Below, in pieces: positions 37,685 through 46,311 of a DNA stretch of 64,000 bases (positions are counted from its first letter, which is position 1; each line of letters opens with the position of its first letter). The notes beneath the pieces were generated by a model. It saw only the letters and a program-made list of their open reading frames with translations. It did no database searches and was not told the origin of the DNA. The stretch spans positions 5,631 to 69,630 of the forward strand of contig JAZNPH010000090.1 of assembly GCA_045589515.1 (NCBI GenBank), in the 5' to 3' direction. Origin of the DNA: Eubacteriales bacterium (GTDB lineage Bacteria > Bacillota > Clostridia > Oscillospirales > CAG-382). A program made the position numbers and the translations under genes.

Positions 37685-37792
37685 ATAAATCCTCCCTCTT
37701 TACGGCAAATTTCTCTTGTTCAATAGTACCATATGTTCCCTTTTTTGTCAACGGGTTTTGAGACTTTTTTCCGAAAAGACGCACAAAAATGA

Positions 37793-37821
37793 TTGACAAA
37801 GAATGCTTGCTATGTTAGAAT
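37793..37821 (+). promoter_or_regulatory. Sigma-70 promoter of the murQ - GDPD unit
   Basis: TTGACA-N17-TAGAAT with TG extension. Confidence 0.75.
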
Positions 37822-37863
37822 AAAACCAAGAAAATTCCATTTGGCAAGAGAGGCTTTGACAGC

Positions 37864-38703
37864 ATGGCTGAATTTCATACGCTGACCACGGAGCAAAAGA
37901 ATGCTTCCTCGTCACAGATCGACAAAATGAGCGCCCTTGAGATCGCAAGGTGCATCAACGAAGAGGATAAGACAGTAGCCTTTGCGGTGGAAAAGTGTCT
38001 GCCGGAGATCGGCGAAGCCATTGACTTGCTGGCAGAGGTTCTGCAGGCCGACGGACGCATCTTCTACTGCGGCGCGGGCACCTCCGGCAGACTGGGAGTG
38101 GTAGATGCCTCCGAGATCCCCCCTACCTACGGGCTGTACGGCAGAGTCATCGGGCTGATGGCGGGGGGCTACAGCGCCATCATCAATCCCGCGGAGGATG
38201 CGGAGGACAGCTTCCACAGCATCGCGGATCTGATGAAGGAGGAATACGGCTACAGTGAGAAGGATATTTTAGTGGCTGTTTCCGCCAGCGGGTCCGCAAA
38301 CTGCGTGAAGGGTGCTTTGGCCTACGCCAAGGAGCTGGGCACCAAGACCATCTGCGTCACCTGCAACAAAAACAGCGATCTGATCCCGCTGTGTGATCTT
38401 GCCATCGCGGCGGAGGTTGGTCCCGAGGTGATCAACGGCTCCACCCGCATGAAGGCGGGCACGGCGCAAAAAATGATCCTGAATATGCTGTCCACCGGCG
38501 CCATGGTGCGGTACGGCAGAGTCCGTGGGAATTACATGGCCTATATGATCCCTTCCAACCGCAAGCTGGTGGCAAGAGCCATCCGCATGATCTGCCAGAA
38601 AACGGGCTGCACTCCCGAAAAGGCAGAGGAAGCCCTGAAGCGGGCGGATAACGTCATTGCAGACGCCATGGACGCCATCGAAGCAGAAAATATATCATTA
38701 TAA
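37864..38703 (+). CDS. murQ: N-acetylmuramic acid 6-phosphate etherase
   Basis: TTEQKN, GAGTSGRLGVVDASEIPPTYG, AED, GPEVINGSTRMKAGTAQKMILNMLST. Confidence 0.92.
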   Translation: MAEFHTLTTEQKNASSSQIDKMSALEIARCINEEDKTVAFAVEKCLPEIGEAIDLLAEVLQADGRIFYCGAGTSGRLGVVDASEIPPTYGLYGRVIGLMAGGYSAIINPAEDAEDSFHSIADLMKEEYGYSEKDILVAVSASGSANCVKGALAYAKELGTKTICVTCNKNSDLIPLCDLAIAAEVGPEVINGSTRMKAGTAQKMILNMLSTGAMVRYGRVRGNYMAYMIPSNRKLVARAIRMICQKTGCTPEKAEEALKRADNVIADAMDAIEAENISL

Positions 38704-38719
38704 TATAGGGGGTACACCG

Positions 38720-41700
38720 ATGAAAATTAAAAGATTCCTTTCCGCGTTACTTACCGCCGTCATGCTTTTTGCCGTAATCGCGGCTACGCCCTTGACAAGC
38801 TCTGCGGCAGGTAACGACGACCTGATCACCATCACCTACACCAATCCCGTTATTACCGCAAACGTAGGCGATACGGTGGATCTTTCCCGCTATGCGGTGG
38901 TTACCGAGGACGGCACGGTCCTCTCTCCCGATGAGATCGATTGGAGACTACGTGACATCGTGCCGGAAACCATCGAGGTGACCGAAAAAGGAGTTCAAAC
39001 CCTTTACGCTTACTACGGAGAAATCCGTCGGGAGATCTATCTGGTCTCAAAGCTTCCGGAAGAGACGGAATACGTGCTGTATGAAAACGATTTCGACTGC
39101 ACGGTGGACGACCTCAGAGAAGAAGGCTGGAAGCTTCTGAACGCAAGCGCCATCAGCATCAGCGACGGCGTTTTCCACATGGGCAACAAGAACGGAGACT
39201 ACTACCGCGCCATTCTGCCCGAGTGGCTGGGGAACTTCGGCGATTACGCCATCTCCATGCAGGCCAGCCAAACGGACGTGCTTAACGGCTCCAGATGGTG
39301 CTCCATCGCCTACCGTATCGAAAACGCCAACAAGAATTATTATCCCTACTACCATATGTGCGTTCGCGCCAACACCACCAGCAGTACGGTGGAGTTCGCA
39401 GAGCGTACCAAGGCCAATGGGTGGAACGTGATCTATAAGACCTCTGCCAACCTGAACATGACGGATGCGGGGTACCACAACATCACGGTCAAAGCCTTTG
39501 AAAACACGGTGCAATACCTGATCGACGGTGAATCCATGCTGTTCGTCAGCGATGCAAAGGCTCATCCCAAGGGATACGTGGGCTTGATCTCCAACTACGG
39601 CTCCATGAACGTGGATTCTATCCGCATCACCGTGCAGGAGGCGGCTCCCGAGCGTCCCAAGGTAGTTCCCAAGCTGCTCAACACTGCGGAAAACCGCGGC
39701 GAGACCAATATCACAAACTACGTTTCCAACCAGGCTTACGTGGGCTTCTCCCGTCTGGAGGAGATCCTGCAAAACGAGGAGCTTCCCGCGGCAGTCTATA
39801 TCGATCTGGACGGCCACTCTCCCACCCAAGGTGATTTTGAGAGAATGCTGACGCTTTGCGCGGAAAAGAACGTGATCCCCCAGTTCAAGCTGACCGCCAA
39901 GGAACAGGTGGATAAGCTCAACGACGCCCTGAAGGCAACCAAGGTGCCCGAGGCTCTGGTGGGCTCCGCAGACGCCGAGGTGGTAAAATACGCCCGCACC
40001 AAGAACAAGGCTGTGATCCGCGGCGCATTGGATCTCACCGAGATCTCCTGGGACGTTCCCACCTCCGATGCCGATATTCACAAATATTACGATATGGCCG
40101 CAGGCGCATACGCACAGGCCATCATCCTCCCCTATCACGCCGCCACCAAGGAAGCGGTTGCCAAGCTTCAGGAATACGAGCTTGCGGTCTGGGCCTTTGG
40201 CGAGAACATCCAATCCGTTACCGAGGGTGCTCATCTGGTGGCATCCGGTGCCAACGCCGTGGTGAGCAACGATTACCAGCTGATCGCTTCCGTTCAGAAG
40301 GAGATCTTCACCGCGGCCGACTCTCTCACCCGCACTCCCGTGTGGACCGCGCACAGAGGCTATTCCACCAAGTACCCCGAAAACTCCATGGCGGCCTGTA
40401 TCGGTGCTTACGAGGTAGGCGCGGATTGCATTGAGATCGACGTACACCTCAGCGCCGACGGCGTGGTGATGGTGATGCACGACGGTTCCATCGACCGTAC
40501 CACCAACGGCACGGGTAATATCGCAAGCATGACCTGCGACCAGCTCAAGCAGTACCGCTTGAAAAACGCCAGCGGCGTTCTCACCCAGGAGGTGATCCCC
40601 ACCTTCGAGGAGATCCTGCAGGAGTTCCAAGGCAAAGACGTGAAGTTCCTCTGCGAGATCAAATCCGGCCAGGCAGGCCTTCCCAAGGCTTGCGTGGATC
40701 TGATCAAGAAGTATGAGATGGAAGACCAGGTGGTGTTCATCAGCTTCTACGCCGATCAGCTTACCGAAGCCAAGAAGCATATGAACATTTCCACCGGCTA
40801 CCTCATCGGCGCCACCGGCTTCTCCGACGGGGCAGACTATGCGGGAACCCTCAACGCTTATTACGAAAAGCAGCTGGACATTCTGAATTACCACGCCACC
40901 ATGGCCATCAACTACGGCAATCTGACGAGCGAGTTCCTGCGGGATGCCAACGACCGCGGTCTCACCCTTTGGACATGGACCTACAACCTGGGCTCTGCCG
41001 CTCAAGTCTGCAAGATGTTCTTGGCAGGTGTGAACGGCATGACCACCGACGATCCCCAATATCTGAAGCACACCGTAAAGACGATTTCCGCTCCTACGGA
41101 ATTGAAGGTGAACGTGGATAAGAAGACCCGCTTTGAGATCAACTCCCTGACCTACGGCGGCAAAGAAAAAGCCGTGACGGAGGATGCAGAGATCATTCTG
41201 CTGGAAAATGACGGCGTGATCCGCGTGGAAACGGACGGCTCCGTTTGGGGCTTGAAGCAAGGGACCGCCTCCTTCATGGTAGCCTACCAAACCAAGCTTC
41301 CCGACGGACAGACCTACACGCTTTACAGCCAGCCTATCGTGGTTGAGGTAGGCACCTTTGAGGGATTAACTCCCACGGAGGCCAGCGGCTTTACGGTAAA
41401 GGACGGGTTGCTCACCCGGGTTGAGTTAGGCTTACGGGTCTCCGATCTGGCCTCCCACTTTGTAGACTTTAAGTACGCGCAGATTTTTGACCAAAACGAA
41501 AGCTTCCTGGCTCCCGACGCGCAGATCTGCACCGGTACGCTGATCTCGCTGTACGGTGAGGTCACCCAAGTGGCAGTATCCGGCGACCTGAACGGCGATG
41601 GCAAGTGCAACGCCGTGGACTACATCCTCATGAAGCGCCATACCGCAGGGAACGAGCTTTCCAAGCTTCAAGCCGCTGCGGCCGATGTCAGCGGAGACGG

Positions 41701-41770
41701 CGAAATCCGTTCCGTGGATTACATCCGTATGAAGCGTTATTTGCTGAAAAAAGCCGACTCCCTGATGTAA
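38720..41770 (+). CDS. Secreted multidomain glycerophosphodiester phosphodiesterase with lectin-like beta-sandwich, degenerate and intact GDPD barrels, Ig-like module, X-module and C-terminal dockerin
   Basis: Signal peptide from MKIKRF; AHRG...PENS...IEIDVH...MHD...EIK catalytic set; dockerin GDLNGDGKCNAVDY...ADVSGDGEIRSVDY. Confidence 0.9.
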   Translation: MKIKRFLSALLTAVMLFAVIAATPLTSSAAGNDDLITITYTNPVITANVGDTVDLSRYAVVTEDGTVLSPDEIDWRLRDIVPETIEVTEKGVQTLYAYYGEIRREIYLVSKLPEETEYVLYENDFDCTVDDLREEGWKLLNASAISISDGVFHMGNKNGDYYRAILPEWLGNFGDYAISMQASQTDVLNGSRWCSIAYRIENANKNYYPYYHMCVRANTTSSTVEFAERTKANGWNVIYKTSANLNMTDAGYHNITVKAFENTVQYLIDGESMLFVSDAKAHPKGYVGLISNYGSMNVDSIRITVQEAAPERPKVVPKLLNTAENRGETNITNYVSNQAYVGFSRLEEILQNEELPAAVYIDLDGHSPTQGDFERMLTLCAEKNVIPQFKLTAKEQVDKLNDALKATKVPEALVGSADAEVVKYARTKNKAVIRGALDLTEISWDVPTSDADIHKYYDMAAGAYAQAIILPYHAATKEAVAKLQEYELAVWAFGENIQSVTEGAHLVASGANAVVSNDYQLIASVQKEIFTAADSLTRTPVWTAHRGYSTKYPENSMAACIGAYEVGADCIEIDVHLSADGVVMVMHDGSIDRTTNGTGNIASMTCDQLKQYRLKNASGVLTQEVIPTFEEILQEFQGKDVKFLCEIKSGQAGLPKACVDLIKKYEMEDQVVFISFYADQLTEAKKHMNISTGYLIGATGFSDGADYAGTLNAYYEKQLDILNYHATMAINYGNLTSEFLRDANDRGLTLWTWTYNLGSAAQVCKMFLAGVNGMTTDDPQYLKHTVKTISAPTELKVNVDKKTRFEINSLTYGGKEKAVTEDAEIILLENDGVIRVETDGSVWGLKQGTASFMVAYQTKLPDGQTYTLYSQPIVVEVGTFEGLTPTEASGFTVKDGLLTRVELGLRVSDLASHFVDFKYAQIFDQNESFLAPDAQICTGTLISLYGEVTQVAVSGDLNGDGKCNAVDYILMKRHTAGNELSKLQAAAADVSGDGEIRSVDYIRMKRYLLKKADSLM

Positions 41771-41780
41771 AATCACTCTC

Positions 41781-41810
41781 AAGAGAGAGCCTGCGGGCTC
41801 TCTCTTTTTT
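41781..41810 (+). terminator. Intrinsic terminator
   Basis: AAGAGAGAGCC-TGCG-GGCTCTCTCTTTTTT. Confidence 0.85.
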
Positions 41811-41862
41811 GACGGTTCATGATAAAATCCGGGCTTCATTTGGACTTTTTGTGAAAAAGCCC

Positions 41863-41891
41863 TTGCATTCCGCCGAAAGGTATTGTATAAT
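41863..41891 (+). promoter_or_regulatory. Sigma-70 promoter of the cohesin/OB-fold gene
   Basis: TTGCAT-N17-TATAAT. Confidence 0.75.
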
Positions 41892-41940
41892 GTAGTCACA
41901 AATCAATGCAAAAAAATAGCAGAAAGGAATCTTTACTTTC

Positions 41941-44496
41941 ATGAAAAGACTTACTTCTCTCATGCTGGCAGTCTTTATGGTAGTTACCATGGTGTCTGCT
42001 TCCCTTCTTACGGTTTCGGCCGCTGAGACCACTTCTGTCTCTCTGTCCGCTCCCGCTGAGGTGGAATTCACCGGGGATGCCGTAGAAGACTCCTTCCAGG
42101 TAGAAGCAAACCTGAATCTTGCCGACGGTCTCACCGCCATTGCAGGTTACGAGGTCAAGCTTACCTGGGATCCCGCTTGTCTCACCCTGTTGGAGACCGT
42201 GTTCTCCGGCGAAGGCATCACTGACCAGAAACCTGGCGAAGGCTCTCTTACTCTGGCAGCGGTCAACGCTACCGACGTGCTTTCCGGCAGACTGTTCTAC
42301 GTTTCCTTCGCGCCCATCGCGGAAGGCAACACCACCGTCTCCGTAGAGGTTCTCAGCATTGCTACCTCCACCGGTCTGATCGATGCAGAGGGCAGCGAGG
42401 TTGCCATCACCGCGGCGAAGCCCGTAGTGATCTACGAGACTCCCGAAGAGATCGTCAACGCAGCTTACGAGCTGGAGAACGGCGAGTATCTCTCCGACGG
42501 CTATAAGTACGCCCTGACCGGTGAGATCATCTCCTTCGAGTCCGTTTACAGCGAGCAGTACAAGAACGTTTCCCCCATCATCGCCGTTGAAGGCGTAGAC
42601 GGCAAGCCCATCCTGTGCTTCCGCATGAAGGGCGAGGGCGCTGACGTGATCAAGATCGGCGACACCATCACCGTTACCGGTAAGATCAAGAATTACAACG
42701 GCAAGATCGAGTTCGATTCCGGCTGTACGCTGGATTCCTACGTTCCCGGTGAGCCCGAGGTCATCATTTACGATACCCCCGAGGCAATCCTGAACGCCGC
42801 TTACCAGCTGGATACCGGCGCTACCCTTTCTGCAGGCCATCTCTACGAGCTGACCGGCGTGATCACCTCTGTCGATACCGAATACAGCGAGCAGTATGGC
42901 AACGTTACCGTTACCATTCAGGTTGGCGATATGGCCGACAAGCCGATGAAGTGCTTCCGCATGAAGGGCGAAGGCGCCGATATCATCAAGGTTGGTGACA
43001 CCATTACCGTTAAGGGTGTGATCAAGAATTACAACGGTACCGTTGAGTTCGACGCAGGTTGTACCTTGGAGGCCTACACGCAGGCTCCCGGCCACAATCA
43101 CAATTACGTTGAAGAGATCACCGTACAGCCCACCCTTTCCACCGAAGGCTCCGCTACCTACACCTGCGAATGCGGCGAATCCTACACCGAGGCTATCCCC
43201 GCTGTAAAGGTTCAGCCCAATGAGCTCGTAGCCCTTCCCGAAGGCGCTCTGGTTCTGGACTATGCAGGCTATAAGCACGATTCCTTCCACTGCATCATCG
43301 CCGGTGACAACCTGACCGTCAACGATCTGACCGCTTTGGGTAACAACGGCGCAGGCAAGGATATGAACTACTTCTACATCATCGTCGTGGATGCAGACGG
43401 CGTGGTGGCAGACTCCTGGTTTGACCTTGGCAGACCCAACGCAGTCAAGAGCGACGTGGTTTGCCCCGCAGGCGGTTACATCATCGGCTTCAACGGCAAC
43501 AAGGAAAACTACGCAGAGCTTGCCAAGATCGAAAAGGGCGCTAAGATCACCCTTTACAACGTAGACGTGGAAGCTCTCCGCGGTGTGGCAGGCAACGTAA
43601 CCGTTGAAAATGCTGGCTTCACCTACAAAAATCCCGCTAAGATCTACGAGACCGCAGAGGATATCATCAACGCGGCTTACGAGCTGGAAAACGGCGAGTA
43701 TCTGTCCGACGGCCATAAGTACACCTTGACCGGCGAGATCCTCTCCGTTGATACTGTCTACAACCCCAACTACAGCAACGTCACCGTTACCATGACCGTC
43801 GAAGGCAAGAACATCCAGTGCTACCGCATGAAGGGTGAGGGCGCCGACGTGATCAAGATCGGCGATACCATCACCGTCACCGGTAAGATCAAGAACTACA
43901 ACGGCACCATCGAGTTTGATACCGGCTGTACGCTGGAATCCTACGTTCCCGGCACCCCCGAGTTCGTGATCTACGAAACTCCCGAAGAGATCCTGCAGGA
44001 GGCATACAAGCTGGCAGACGGTGCGGTTCTTTCCGGCGGCCACAAGTATGAGCTCACCGGCGTGATCCTCTCTATCGATACCGCTTACGACGAAAAGTAC
44101 GGCAATATCTCCGTTACCATTCAGGTTGGCAATATGAGCGAGATGCCCATTCAGTGCTTCCGTTTGGCAGGCGAAGGTGCGGCAGAGCTTCAGGTTGGCG
44201 ATACCATCACCGCTAAGGGCGAGATCAAGAACTACCACGGCAAGATCGAGTTCAACACCTGCGAGCTGCTGAACGTTGTGAAGAAGCCCTCCTTTGCATT
44301 CGGCGACGTGGACGGCAACGGCAAACCCGCTATGGCCGACTACTTCAAGCTGAAGTCCTATCTGTTGGGCAAGAACGATTCCTTTGACGATGGCATGCTG
44401 GAAAGAAGCGACATCGACGGCAACGGAAAGGTCAACAAGCAGGATTACTTCAAGCTGAAATCCTTCCTGCTGGGCAAGTGGGATCCCAACGCATAA
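41941..44496 (+). CDS. Secreted scaffoldin-like protein: cohesin-like domain, four OB-fold-like repeats, Cys/His module plus shared uncharacterised module, C-terminal dockerin
   Basis: Signal peptide; cohesin-like IAGYEVKLTWDPACLTL...GRLFYVSFAP...EG; repeats LTGxI...GDTITVxGxIKNYNGxxEF; dockerin GDVDGNGK...DY / SDIDGNGKVNKQDY. Confidence 0.82.
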   Translation: MKRLTSLMLAVFMVVTMVSASLLTVSAAETTSVSLSAPAEVEFTGDAVEDSFQVEANLNLADGLTAIAGYEVKLTWDPACLTLLETVFSGEGITDQKPGEGSLTLAAVNATDVLSGRLFYVSFAPIAEGNTTVSVEVLSIATSTGLIDAEGSEVAITAAKPVVIYETPEEIVNAAYELENGEYLSDGYKYALTGEIISFESVYSEQYKNVSPIIAVEGVDGKPILCFRMKGEGADVIKIGDTITVTGKIKNYNGKIEFDSGCTLDSYVPGEPEVIIYDTPEAILNAAYQLDTGATLSAGHLYELTGVITSVDTEYSEQYGNVTVTIQVGDMADKPMKCFRMKGEGADIIKVGDTITVKGVIKNYNGTVEFDAGCTLEAYTQAPGHNHNYVEEITVQPTLSTEGSATYTCECGESYTEAIPAVKVQPNELVALPEGALVLDYAGYKHDSFHCIIAGDNLTVNDLTALGNNGAGKDMNYFYIIVVDADGVVADSWFDLGRPNAVKSDVVCPAGGYIIGFNGNKENYAELAKIEKGAKITLYNVDVEALRGVAGNVTVENAGFTYKNPAKIYETAEDIINAAYELENGEYLSDGHKYTLTGEILSVDTVYNPNYSNVTVTMTVEGKNIQCYRMKGEGADVIKIGDTITVTGKIKNYNGTIEFDTGCTLESYVPGTPEFVIYETPEEILQEAYKLADGAVLSGGHKYELTGVILSIDTAYDEKYGNISVTIQVGNMSEMPIQCFRLAGEGAAELQVGDTITAKGEIKNYHGKIEFNTCELLNVVKKPSFAFGDVDGNGKPAMADYFKLKSYLLGKNDSFDDGMLERSDIDGNGKVNKQDYFKLKSFLLGKWDPNA
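42430..44280 (+). repeat. Four ~310-bp coding repeats (start about 42430, 42766, 43642, 43969) arranged A-B-insert-A'-B'
   Basis: Near-identical DNA such as CGCATGAAGGGCGAGGGCGCTGACGTGATCAAGATCGGCGA recurs; repeats 1 and 3 share YELENGEYLSDG, repeats 2 and 4 share GHxYELTGVI...TIQVG. Confidence 0.92.
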
Positions 44497-44586
44497 AGAT
44501 CATTTACAAATAGTCCAAATGGGGCTGTTGCCATGGCTGTGCCATTTGCAGCAGCCCCTCTTTGATACAAAAAGGAGATTTCCCAT

Positions 44587-46107
44587 ATGAAAGCAAAAAG
44601 AACCCTTTGTTTCTGTCTGCTGTTCACCTTCGCCCTGCTGATGCTGGCGGGTTGCAACACGCAAGGTGCGGAAAGCTCCGGCGAGCCATCCGCTACCCCC
44701 TCCGCTCCCGAGGTGAGTGACGAGGTTTCGAAGAACGACGACAGATTTGTGGAGACGGATGAATTCCAAGGCAAGACCATCAAGGTGTTCACCGCGGCCT
44801 TCAACGATGCTTACGTCACCGAGATCGGAGACAATTCTCAAAACGAAAACTGTGCAGAAGCGCTTTCCGTGGCCATCAAGGAGCGCACCGAGGCGGTGGA
44901 GGATTCCTACGGCGTCACCATCGAAGAAGAGATCATGATCGATCCCAAGCGTTACGGCGGTACCTTCCTGGCGGCGGTCCGTGAATTCGGATACTCCGGC
45001 ACAGGGGATTACGACATTCTGTATCCCTGTCTTCTGGACGCAGGTACCATGGCGGCGGAAGGGCTGTTGATCGACCTTTCCAACGCTCCCGGTATCCGCA
45101 TCCAAAACTCCTGGTGGGATCAGACCTTTATTTCCGACACCGCCATTGGCAACTGCACCTATTACCTCACCGGCGACATCGGCTTACGTGCCAAGAATGC
45201 CGCAGGCTGTCTGTACTTCAACAAGAAGCTGATGGACGACGCGGGGATGGAATATCCCTACGAATTGGTCCGCAACAAGCAGTGGACCATCGAAAAGATC
45301 CTTGAGCTGATCAAGCAGGCGGATCTCAGCGAGGACTTGGACAAGGACGGCCAGATCACCTACCATGATATGTACGGCTGGGCGGGCCAGAACGGCGATA
45401 TGCAGAAGCTGTTCTACGCCGCAGGGGAACGCATTGCCACGGTTGACGATGCGGGCGTGCCCTATATTTCCATTTACAACGAAAGAAGCGCCAAGGTGAT
45501 AGATTCCATTTTGGATCTTCTGCAGGACAGCGAGGATTACGTTTGCGGCGACGATTACTTCAACGAATCCTCCACTCCCATGACGTTGCTTTTGGATTCC
45601 TTCAAGGCGGATCAATGTCTGTTCTATTCCGGCGGTATGGAGGACGCATTGAAGCTGGGAGATATGCAGAGCGATTTCGGTATCCTGCCCTCTCCCCTGT
45701 TCGATGAGACCCAGGAGCAGTATTACACCCAGGTTGGTGCTTGGTCTGCCAACGCTTACTGCATCCCCTACGGACTGGATGAGGAAAGATCCTACCGTGC
45801 ACAGGTGATTCTGGATGCACTGGGCGCTTACTCCGTGGAATCCGTGGCCACCGCTTATTACGACGTGGTTCTGCAGTATCAGAAGCTCCGTACCGACGAC
45901 GACGTGGAAATGCTGGAGCTGATCTTCGATTGCGCCGGTGCTGATCTCGGTGCGGTTTACCGCGTGGGCGGATTGTCCAACATGCTCACTCAGCTCATCG
46001 CAAAGCCCAAGGGCTCCTTTGCTTCCAGCTACGATGCATTGGAAAGTGCCGCCAAGGCAGAGATGGATGCGTTGATCGAGACCTTCAATCAGAGAGAACA
46101 AGAATAA
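44587..46107 (+). CDS. Extracellular solute-binding lipoprotein (orphan, no permease alongside)
   Basis: Lipobox LAGC; WWDQ, YFNKKL...PYELVRNKQWT, DLDKDG loop, DFGILPSP, as in clostridial family-1-like SBPs. Confidence 0.82.
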   Translation: MKAKRTLCFCLLFTFALLMLAGCNTQGAESSGEPSATPSAPEVSDEVSKNDDRFVETDEFQGKTIKVFTAAFNDAYVTEIGDNSQNENCAEALSVAIKERTEAVEDSYGVTIEEEIMIDPKRYGGTFLAAVREFGYSGTGDYDILYPCLLDAGTMAAEGLLIDLSNAPGIRIQNSWWDQTFISDTAIGNCTYYLTGDIGLRAKNAAGCLYFNKKLMDDAGMEYPYELVRNKQWTIEKILELIKQADLSEDLDKDGQITYHDMYGWAGQNGDMQKLFYAAGERIATVDDAGVPYISIYNERSAKVIDSILDLLQDSEDYVCGDDYFNESSTPMTLLLDSFKADQCLFYSGGMEDALKLGDMQSDFGILPSPLFDETQEQYYTQVGAWSANAYCIPYGLDEERSYRAQVILDALGAYSVESVATAYYDVVLQYQKLRTDDDVEMLELIFDCAGADLGAVYRVGGLSNMLTQLIAKPKGSFASSYDALESAAKAEMDALIETFNQREQE

Positions 46108-46114
46108 TGCATCG

Positions 46115-46143
46115 AAAGGACTCTTGCAAAAGGGTCCTTTTTT
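46115..46143 (+). terminator. Intrinsic terminator
   Basis: AAAGGACTCTT-GCAA-AAGGGTCCTTTTTT. Confidence 0.8.
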
Positions 46144-46149
46144 ACGGGA

Positions 46150-46237
46150 GAACGCTTAAACCTTTTTCTTTTCTTGCAAAGAAAAAGATTTAAGCATTCA
46201 AAATGAAAAACGCATTGCCGAAAACGATCGTTTTCGG
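46150..46237 (+). repeat. Dispersed two-hairpin element, copy D
   Basis: GCTTAAACCTTTTTCTTT-loop-AAAGAAAAAGATTTAAGC, A-rich linker ending CATTG, CCGAAAAC-GATC-GTTTTCGG. Confidence 0.7.
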
Positions 46238-46311
46238 AGGTGTTTTCATTGACAAAACCAAAAGTCTTGTGATATACTTAAAGAAATGATAAGACAAAGA
46301 GGTAACGGATT

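Noticed and set aside
39070-39640. Beta-sandwich in the GDPD protein as a catalytic DUF1080 3-keto-glycoside enzyme
   Set aside because: The typical C-terminal His-containing motif is absent (reads GLISNYGSMNVDSIRI); treated as a non-catalytic binding module.
39047-44238. 747-aa and 780-aa minus-strand ORFs
   Set aside because: Antisense shadows of the GDPD-dockerin and cohesin/OB genes.
42430-44280. Near-identical repeats as a diversity-generating retroelement TR/VR pair
   Set aside because: All copies are in-frame domains of one gene, differences are not adenine-specific, and there is no reverse transcriptase in the window. The same applies to the VTC duplication.
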